From positions 224,001-288,000 of the forward strand of contig CAWFGO010000001.1 in NCBI GenBank assembly GCA_963815455.1: 64,000 nucleotides of DNA. Direction: 5' to 3'. This DNA is from an uncultured Verrucomicrobiae bacterium. Lineage in GTDB: Bacteria; Verrucomicrobiota; Verrucomicrobiia; Chthoniobacterales; UBA10450. The notes under the pieces are model-generated. The model was given only the letters and a program-made list of their open reading frames with translations. It searched no databases and was not told the origin of the DNA. Positions within the stretch are counted from its first letter, which is position 1; the number at the start of each line of letters is the position of its first letter. Below, piece after piece: positions 48,317 to 55,596 of the stretch. Made by a program: the position numbers and the translations under genes.

Positions 48317-49884
48317 CAGCGCGCTCCTTCCGCTGTTTGACGACCCCGAAGGCTTTCGGGGCCAATCAATTCATCCAAGCCGGGAATATCCAACTCCAAA
48401 TAGAACCCTTCGATATCGCCAAGCCGACACTCGACATCGCACGCCAGCAATTCGGAATCCTTGTTGGCAAATTCTTCGCTCGGCAATGAACCAGCAGGTT
48501 TTCCGTTTCGATCGACAATTAATCCGCCCGAGTTTGTCTCGACCGCGCGTCGAATCTCGGACCACTTCCCTGTGTCGATCCAAACGCGACCGCCTTTCAC
48601 TGGAAACGTCGTGGCCGATTTATCCCTAACGAACTTCGGCACGCGCGGCTTCCTCGGTTTCCATTTGGTGCCGCCCGCGTTTGCCACAAGTTTGGAAAAG
48701 CGATCGGCAATGAAGGCCGGCGTATCGGTTTTTCGATAGCCTTCAACCGGCGCGCGAAGGAGCTTCGACATGCGATCCAAAATTTCCACGGCACGATCTT
48801 CCGCGTTGCCACCCAAGCGAATGACTGCGGGAATATCGAGATCGAGTTCCCAAAACGCTTTGGCCAATCCATAGGCGGACCAATATTGTTCCTGACTGGC
48901 CACGCCCGAACCCGAACCGAAATATCCGATGAGGTCGGGCTGTGCCAGGATAATGCGAGCGGCGCGATACACCTTGGACGCGGACGGATTGCCACTGGTG
49001 TCTGTAAAATTCGCAATGGTGAATCCCGCGTTTACGATCGCGTCCATCGACATCATCGATCCCCCGCCGCCGGCACCATGAAAACCGGCCAGGCCTTTGG
49101 AATCCTTCGGCGCTGCCGTGGCCAACTGCGCGAAATAAAAGGTGCCGCGATGATCGGCTTGTTCGGCGGCATAAGCTACCCGTTCCAGAGAAGTGGGCGG
49201 ATGATCGAACTCGCGCGCAATCTCGATCTTCAGTTCCGGATGTCGCGCCACCGCGTAATCGTCAATCGTAATCCGGCAATCGGCGGCAACGAACTGTCCG
49301 TCCTTGGTCAGCACCAGTGGATTGATTTCCAGCGACCGCGCTTCCACGCTGCGCGCGGCGGCAAAAAGTTTTCGAATCGAATCGGCGAGTTGCTTTGCAA
49401 GCGACTTCGAAAGCCCGCATGAAGCAACGGCTTCCTCCAGCGCCGAATCCGTCGGCCCGTCTTTTGCAGCGCACGGAATTCGACGCGTCGAGGCCGCGCG
49501 CTCTTCGATCCCGCTCCCGCCGCCGGCCGCGAAAATAATCACCGGCGCCCGGGCGGCGTCGTCAATAGCGAAGGAAAGGAAGAATTCGCGGTCGATGTCG
49601 ATCTTCTCTTCCACAAGCACGGCTTCGACCGGGAACTGCCCAACTTTCATCGACAGCATGCGATCTGCGTTCGCGCGGATTTCCTCCGGCTTCTTGGCGA
49701 ATGCCACACCGCCGATTCCCGCGCGACCAGTTGTCCAAGCCTGGATCTTGATCACGACTTCGCCGCCGATTTCCTTCGCAGCCGTTACGGCTTCATTGGC
49801 GCTCGAGGCGGCGCGTCCTCGCGGAATCTGGAATCCGTTAGCAGCAAGAATCGCTTTACCTTGATATTCGTGAAGTCGCGCCAT
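48316..49884 (-). CDS. SucC-like ATP-grasp CoA ligase beta subunit with C-terminal extension
   Basis: LHEYQGK, GRAGIGGV, VLVEE, EINPL, AADC, GAGGGGSMMSMD, ANFTDTSGNP, IRLGGN; stop overlaps the next start. Confidence 0.85.
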   Translation of the reverse strand: MARLHEYQGKAILAANGFQIPRGRAASSANEAVTAAKEIGGEVVIKIQAWTTGRAGIGGVAFAKKPEEIRANADRMLSMKVGQFPVEAVLVEEKIDIDREFFLSFAIDDAARAPVIIFAAGGGSGIEERAASTRRIPCAAKDGPTDSALEEAVASCGLSKSLAKQLADSIRKLFAAARSVEARSLEINPLVLTKDGQFVAADCRITIDDYAVARHPELKIEIAREFDHPPTSLERVAYAAEQADHRGTFYFAQLATAAPKDSKGLAGFHGAGGGGSMMSMDAIVNAGFTIANFTDTSGNPSASKVYRAARIILAQPDLIGYFGSGSGVASQEQYWSAYGLAKAFWELDLDIPAVIRLGGNAEDRAVEILDRMSKLLRAPVEGYRKTDTPAFIADRFSKLVANAGGTKWKPRKPRVPKFVRDKSATTFPVKGGRVWIDTGKWSEIRRAVETNSGGLIVDRNGKPAGSLPSEEFANKDSELLACDVECRLGDIEGFYLELDIPGLDELIGPESLRGRQTAEGAR

Positions 49885-50070
49885 GCCCGGTGCTATTTCC
49901 ATGATCCTGGCGAAATTTCAATTGGCCCGTGCACGCGTCGCGCGGTCCCCGCCCAAACGCTTGGCCAAGCGATGTCGATCCTGTTGATTGAAAATGACAA
50001 ACAGAATAGGTTCGGGGCCACGACACCACAGGGATCAATGCCTGATCCTTAATTGCAAAATATGAGCCAA

Positions 50071-50574
50071 ATGAACTGGGACGCGATCAGTGCGATCTCG
50101 CAACTGATTGGCTCGATCGCGGTGGTTCTCTCGGTCCTTTATCTCGCCTTTCAGGTGCATCAAAGTACGCGGGTGGCAAAGCTGGCCGCGCAGGACGCCG
50201 CGGCCACATCGCTGCGCGAAGTGACAAGTCCGTTAGCTCAGAATGCCGAACTGGCCCGAGTGTGGCGAAGAGGGCTGGAAGATTTGCAATCGCTGCCGGC
50301 GGAGGAGCAGGCCCGCTTTTTTCACACTTGCTATCAATTTCTCAAGGCGTTCGAGACGATCCATTTCCACCATGTCCATGGCGTGATGGACGAGCAGATC
50401 TGGCAGGGATGGTGCGGTCTTCTCCAGCACTATATCGCTTCTCCGGGAATGGAGTATTACTGGAAACTGCGCCAGGATCTGTTCTCGGCACGGTTTCGGC
50501 AATTTATTCAGCAGCTCGAACGTCCGGCTGAGGTACTCACGGTGGGCAATTTGTTGGGGCTAGAGACTCGCTAG
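50071..50574 (+). CDS. Hypothetical protein with N-terminal TM helix (paralog of 34200-34664)
   Basis: MNWDAISAISQLIGSIAVVLSVLYLAFQV; FETIHFHHVHGVM..IW; SPG..YW. Confidence 0.75.
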   Translation: MNWDAISAISQLIGSIAVVLSVLYLAFQVHQSTRVAKLAAQDAAATSLREVTSPLAQNAELARVWRRGLEDLQSLPAEEQARFFHTCYQFLKAFETIHFHHVHGVMDEQIWQGWCGLLQHYIASPGMEYYWKLRQDLFSARFRQFIQQLERPAEVLTVGNLLGLETR

Positions 50575-50580
50575 GCGAAG

Positions 50581-50631
50581 CGGAGGGACATGCTTCCGCA
50601 TGTCCAGGACGCGCGGAAGCGCGTCCCTCCG
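50581..50631. repeat. CGGAGGGAC...GTCCCTCCG palindromic element
   Basis: Perfect 9-bp terminal inverted repeat with two internal hairpins; half copy at 62003-62027. Confidence 0.75.
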
Positions 50632-50689
50632 AATTCATGCCAAGCGCTTCCGGATGACAGAGCAAAGAGATCAGCTAAGTTAATTGAGT

Positions 50690-51925
50690 ATGAACGACGT
50701 TTACATTCTCGGCGGCGGGCGGACGGATTTTAAGCGCAATCTGAAAAAGGAAGGCAAAACCATCCGGCACTTGATCACCGAAGCCGGCAAGCTGGCGATC
50801 GATGATTCTAAGATCGATCCGGGCGAAATTCAGGCGGGCGCGGTCGGCAATTTCAATTCAGGTCAATTCACCAAGCAATTGCAGTTGGGCGCATTCATTC
50901 CGGAGATCGATCCGAAATTGCGCGGGATTCCCACGATGCACACGGAAGCGGCCTGCGCGTCGGGTGCGCTCTCGGTCTTGTTGGGCGCGCAATGGATCAT
51001 GGGCGGCATTTACGATGTCGTGCTCGTAGTCGGCGCGGAGCAACAGAAAACCATGTCGTCGCTCGATGGTTCGGATGTTCTGGGCGCCGCGGCCGATTAT
51101 CACAATGAGAAACCCGAATACGGCGATTTCATGTTCCCGAAATTGTTCGGACGGATTGCCCAAATTTACATCGACAAGTATGGCGCGTCTGAGAGCGATC
51201 TCGCGCAGGTAGCGTGGAAAAATTACGCCCATGCGAAACTGAATCCCCTCGCCCAGATGCGCGATGCCGACGTTACAGTCGATTACGCGTCGCAAGTTTC
51301 GGAGAAAAACCCGTGCGTAGCGTCGCCGCTCAAAGTTACCGATTGTTCGCAAATCACCGACGGCTCAGCATCGGTCGTTCTCGTGTCTGGAAGATATCTC
51401 GAGAAGATCGGACGCGATAGGAAGAAAACCGCGCGTCTGCTCGGGTTCGGTCACACGACTGATTACCTCCCGCTCGACAAAAAAGATGCGCCGACGTTTT
51501 CCATCGCGCGCAAGGCAGCTGAGAAAGCGTTCGGCATGGCGAATTTGAAACCACGGGACATTAACGGCGCGGACGTGCACGATTGTTTCTCGATCACTGA
51601 AATTATTGCCTATGAAATTCTCGGCCTGGCCGAGTCGGGCAAGGGCGCGGAGCTGGCCAAGAGTGGCGCGACCACCTTACCCCAGGTGCGCAACGAAAAG
51701 ATGAAGGGCAAGATCGACATCAGCATTCCAGTAAATCCGGGTGGCGGCCTGATCGGCGATGGTCACCCGGTCGGCGCGACCGGTGTGCGCCAGGTTTACG
51801 AAGCGTATCAGCATCTTACCGAACAGGCCGGCGCCCGCCAGATCCCGAATGCAAAGCGTTACCTCACCTTCAACATGGGCGGAAGTCTGACGACTTCCGT
51901 GGCGATGATCTGGGGACGGGAATAG
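50690..51925 (+). CDS. Thiolase family protein (SCP2-type acetyl-CoA acyltransferase)
   Basis: EAACASG, DCSQITDG, VHDCF, NPGGGLIGDGHPVGATG, NMGG. Confidence 0.85.
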   Translation: MNDVYILGGGRTDFKRNLKKEGKTIRHLITEAGKLAIDDSKIDPGEIQAGAVGNFNSGQFTKQLQLGAFIPEIDPKLRGIPTMHTEAACASGALSVLLGAQWIMGGIYDVVLVVGAEQQKTMSSLDGSDVLGAAADYHNEKPEYGDFMFPKLFGRIAQIYIDKYGASESDLAQVAWKNYAHAKLNPLAQMRDADVTVDYASQVSEKNPCVASPLKVTDCSQITDGSASVVLVSGRYLEKIGRDRKKTARLLGFGHTTDYLPLDKKDAPTFSIARKAAEKAFGMANLKPRDINGADVHDCFSITEIIAYEILGLAESGKGAELAKSGATTLPQVRNEKMKGKIDISIPVNPGGGLIGDGHPVGATGVRQVYEAYQHLTEQAGARQIPNAKRYLTFNMGGSLTTSVAMIWGRE

Positions 51926-51979
51926 TGCGAGCCGCACTGGCAGATTGAGCCAGGCGCCAGGACTTGGGCGAGAATTCGC

Positions 51980-52052
51980 TGTAGCCGCCTCGCTCTGTCG
52001 AGGCGTTCTTTGTCGCAGCCGGGATACACGGCGACAGAGCGCCGTGGCTACA
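51980..52052. repeat. TGTAGCCG...GTGGCTACA family element
   Basis: Matches 28139-28203. Confidence 0.8.
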
Positions 52053-52148
52053 ACAGCTTGGCTATATGAGAAACTCATCGCACCAGGTAGCTACGTCATT
52101 GCGCTTCGCACAGCGAAGCGGCTACAGTGCCGCTGAGCGCGCCACTAA

Positions 52149-53063
52149 ATGAAGCTGCCATTTCTCTCGCGAAAGAAATCCGCCCCCCGCCGCGAAAACT
52201 TTCTTCTCATCACGATTGATTGCGGCCGTTACGACGCCTACCTCGAAGCGCGTAAGCCGGTGCTGGATAAGATTGGCCGGGCCCGACAAGCTTACACCCA
52301 CGGAACGTTCACGTTCCCGTCGCACGCGGCAATGTTTCAGGGAATGTTGCCGCACGTTTTTTGTGACGAGCCGTTCTATAACCGCGGGATTCGGCAAATG
52401 TGGCGGATGCGGGACAAGCCGGGCAAGAAACCCGCCCTCATCGAGTTTCCGCTCGAAACTGGCAGCATCATCGGCGGTTTTGTCGATGCTGGATATCACG
52501 TGACCGGCACGGCAGCGATGGCGTGGTTTCGAAATCCGAAACCGCTTCGGCAACAGTTCCCAAGGTTCGAGTTCACCGGGATCGATGCCAAACGACAGGT
52601 CGATTACATTCTGCGCGAGTGGAACCGACGCGGCGATAAACCATTCTTCGGCTTCATTAATTTCGGCGAAGCGCACGGACCCTACATTCATGAAGGAATG
52701 CCCGGCGCGGAGGAAGTGAAAGGCAAGACCGGCACGGCCGATTTCCGGCTGCGTCCGCACGTTGGTAAGCGCAAGAGCGAAGATTCGAAGTTCGATGAAG
52801 AACTGTGGCGACGTCAGGCAGAATGCATTTCGTATCTGGACGCGCGCATCGGCGATTTGCTCGACGGGTTCGCAAAAGACCGGCAGGGAATCACCGTCGC
52901 GCTCTGCAGCGATCATGGAGAATGTTTTGGTGAAGAAGGTTTATACGGCCACGGATTCTATCATCCAAAAATCATGGAAGTTCCCCTGCTCATTTTCCGG
53001 ATGCACGAGGACGGAACTTTTACCGACGATCCGAACGAGATCGCGCGTCGGCTCGATACATAG
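52149..53063 (+). CDS. Alkaline phosphatase superfamily (sulfatase-like) hydrolase
   Basis: ITIDCGRYD, TFTFPSH, FINFGEAHGPY, SDHGECFGEEGLYGH, VPL. Confidence 0.8.
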   Translation: MKLPFLSRKKSAPRRENFLLITIDCGRYDAYLEARKPVLDKIGRARQAYTHGTFTFPSHAAMFQGMLPHVFCDEPFYNRGIRQMWRMRDKPGKKPALIEFPLETGSIIGGFVDAGYHVTGTAAMAWFRNPKPLRQQFPRFEFTGIDAKRQVDYILREWNRRGDKPFFGFINFGEAHGPYIHEGMPGAEEVKGKTGTADFRLRPHVGKRKSEDSKFDEELWRRQAECISYLDARIGDLLDGFAKDRQGITVALCSDHGECFGEEGLYGHGFYHPKIMEVPLLIFRMHEDGTFTDDPNEIARRLDT

Positions 53064-53076
53064 CCCGGCCAAGGAC

Positions 53077-53133
53077 AGGTAGGGGCGGTTCACCGAACCG
53101 CCCGCGGGCGATTGGGGTGAATCGCCCCTACCT
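53077..53133. repeat. GGTAGGG...CCCTACC family element
   Basis: aggtaggggcg/cgcccctacct terminal inverted repeat. Confidence 0.8.
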
Positions 53134-53138
53134 AGCGT

Positions 53139-53189
53139 TTCGCTCAATCGCTCCAGAAACGGAACATGCGCTGAGTTGATTTTCTGTCG
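53139..53189 (-). pseudogene. Orphan 3' segment of a NUDIX hydrolase gene
   Basis: Reads RQKINSAHVPFLERLSE; 54546-54596 reads REKINSAQIPFLERLRE (13/17 aa identical). Confidence 0.75.
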
Positions 53190-53272
53190 CCGAAAAAATG
53201 CGGAACAAAATATGAGTCGCAATTGCCAATATATGCCAAGCGGGCCGCTGACTGCGATTCGAGGTTTCAAAC

Positions 53273-54375
53273 ATGAAGACCATGCTTGCAGTTTTGGCCG
53301 TCGCTCTCGGTTTTGGTTTTGCGGAAACAAAAGCGCAGAGCGTTCTGTTCGATTTTGATAACGCGCCGCTGCACACCTCTCTGCCGGTCGATCTGACCGT
53401 GGGCGGAATCACGGCACATTTCAGCGGGAACCCGGGTTACTATAATTACTCGATCCAGCGTGCCGACGCTCTCGGGTTTACCCCGCCGGGTTTTTCCGGT
53501 TACTGCATCTATCCCAACACGATTTATCCCTGCGACCTGTTGATCTCGTTCAATCGGCAATTGACGGCTGCGTCCATTCTCTATTCGCCAGAAGAGTATG
53601 ATACCGATTCATCGTGCCGGATGAGGATCACCGCCTACTGGGAACGACGTTCGTCGCCAGCAACACTTACACGATCAATCCGCCGGGAACGTGGCCCAGC
53701 GGAACATTGTCGATCACGACCACACAGCCATTCGATAATGTGGTGATTCATTATGATGCCCCACCACCCACGGGCGGTGATTACGGCCCGATATTCATGG
53801 CCGACAATCTTCTGGTCACGCCGGTTGCTGGGCCTGTGCCGGTCAGCGCAGCGTCCCGAAAGGCACACGGCGGCGCCGGCAATTTCGACTTTTCCATGCC
53901 GCTTAGCGGCACGCCCGGGATTGAATCCCGCAGCGGCGGTCCCACGAACGATTATGAATTGATCGTGAACTTCGAGAGCGCTTTAACCGTTACTGGAACA
54001 CCGCAGGTGCAGATCACCTCAGGAACGGCCGATATCGGAACAGCCGGTGTGCCCAACGGCGGCATCGTCGGCGTCAGCGGAACTACGGTGAGCGTACCCT
54101 TCACCAACGTAGCCAATGCTCAGACCATCGAAGTCACGCTGCTGGGAGTAACGGTCGGTTCAGCCACAGGAAATGTCGCAGTCCAAATGTCGATCCTGGT
54201 CGGCGATGTGAATGCCAATGGCTCTGTGAATGCGTCCGATGTCGCTGCGACAAAGTCGTATCTCGGGCAACCACTCGACGTGGCGAATTGCCGGGGCGAC
54301 GTGAATGCCAATGGCAGCATCAACGCCAGCGACGTGGCTCTCGCCAAGTCCAGCATCGGCACGGCATTGCCCTGA
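53273..54375 (+). CDS. Secreted protein with SRKAHG domain and dockerin-like tail, one apparent -1 frameshift at ~53640
   Basis: Signal peptide MKTMLAVLAVALGFGFAETKAQ; ORFs 53273 and 53614 join at ITAY/(L)GTTFV; GDVNANGS.NASDV twice. Confidence 0.8.
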
Positions 54376-54424
54376 TTGCGACCGCGTCTACTTCGTAGCC
54401 GGTCTAGTGACGTACGTGTCGGGC

Positions 54425-54547
54425 AAAGGTGGATCGGCTTCTCCGAAGACGATGTTAGTCCGACGCCATCGGCGCACATAAAATATATTTGGCGCCCGTG
54501 GCGCATCAGTTTTTACCAACGCGTTGAGGACAACGCGTTCCACCTTT
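54425..54547. repeat. GGTGGA-family element overlapping the NUDIX 3' end
   Basis: aaaggtggatcg...cgttccaccttt termini. Confidence 0.75.
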
Positions 54548-55013
54548 CGCGCAGTCGTTCCAGAAACGGAATCTGCGCGCTATTGATTTTCTCACGCGCA
54601 ACTTCTTCCCCGAAAAATTCTGCGCGATCGACTTCGGGAAATTGCTTCTTGTTACCCGAGCGCGGCGGCCATTCCATTTCGAATAAGTTTGATTTCAATT
54701 CGAACGGGTCCGGCAAATCGCCTTCGAACGCCCAGGCATGAACGGTCTTGCCACCTTTTTGTTTGATCGAGCCGAGTTCAATCAATTCTGCGCCAGGCTT
54801 GGTCCCCAGTTCCTCTTCGAATTCAATTTGCGCACGCGCCAGTAAATCTTCCCCGGATATGACTTCGCCTTTGGGAATGCTCCATGCGCCCTCATCCTTC
54901 TTCGCCCAGAACGGGCCACCCGGATGCACCAGCAACATTTCCAAAGCGCCGCTCTTGCGGCGAAACATCAGCAAACCCGCGCTCACCCGACTGGACTTTG
55001 GAATTTCGGGCAT
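54513..55013 (-). CDS. NUDIX hydrolase
   Basis: SAGLL, HPGGPFWAKKDEGAWSIPKG, EFEEELG, EWPPRSG..FPEVDR. Confidence 0.9.
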   Translation of the reverse strand: MPEIPKSSRVSAGLLMFRRKSGALEMLLVHPGGPFWAKKDEGAWSIPKGEVISGEDLLARAQIEFEEELGTKPGAELIELGSIKQKGGKTVHAWAFEGDLPDPFELKSNLFEMEWPPRSGNKKQFPEVDRAEFFGEEVAREKINSAQIPFLERLRERWNALSSTRW

Positions 55014-55069
55014 GAGAATTCTCTCGGCAGGCGACACGCCTACCGCCCACAGGCAGGATGCCTGTGCTA

Positions 55070-55507
55070 CTACGGGCCGTAGCTCTTGGTGAATTTCTTT
55101 TTCGATTCCGTTTCGGATTCGGTCGAAGCAATTGGTGGCGATGGCTCCGAACTTGGCGCCGGTGGCGGCTCTTGTTCCGGCACGGATTGTTCTGCTGGCG
55201 GTGGCTGCGCACCGCCTTTCGACATTTGCTGCGCCACTTCCACATATGCCATTTGCAGATTCGAAATCGCGTTACGCAGCACCGTCGCCTCTTCGCCGGT
55301 CAGATTCCCGCGCGTTTTTTCCTGAATCATATCGAGCTGATCGATGAACATCTTGGCCAGATCGAGGTTCACTTCGCCCTGGCCCGTTTTGGGATTTGGA
55401 ATCTGACCCAAAAAAAGCGCGGCGTTTTGAGCGTGCATCATGACGAACTCGACGAAGCGCTGCGACATCTCGCCCATTGTTTGTCCTGTTTTTTGTACTT
55501 CAGCCAT
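55070..55507 (-). CDS. DUF1844 family protein
   Basis: LGQIPNPKTG..NLDLAKMFIDQL..KTRGNLT.EE..L...LQMAYV. Confidence 0.85.
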   Translation of the reverse strand: MAEVQKTGQTMGEMSQRFVEFVMMHAQNAALFLGQIPNPKTGQGEVNLDLAKMFIDQLDMIQEKTRGNLTGEEATVLRNAISNLQMAYVEVAQQMSKGGAQPPPAEQSVPEQEPPPAPSSEPSPPIASTESETESKKKFTKSYGP

Positions 55508-55515
55508 ATAAAAAA

Positions 55516-55596
55516 GTGATCAGTGACGAGTGATAAATGATGCGCCTTAATAGCACGGCTCGGCTATCTCGTCACTCGTCACACATCACACGTCAC
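55516..55596. repeat. Inverted pair of GTGACGA-type heptamer tandems
   Basis: gtgatca gtgacga gtgataa ... tcgtcac tcgtcac acatcac acgtcac; overlaps the stop of the M16 gene. Confidence 0.7.

Noticed and set aside
46523..49884. Plain succinyl-CoA synthetase sucCD
   Set aside because: The alpha subunit carries a full citrate-synthase-fold lyase domain, and the beta subunit lacks the usual NGAGLAM and NIFGGI motifs.
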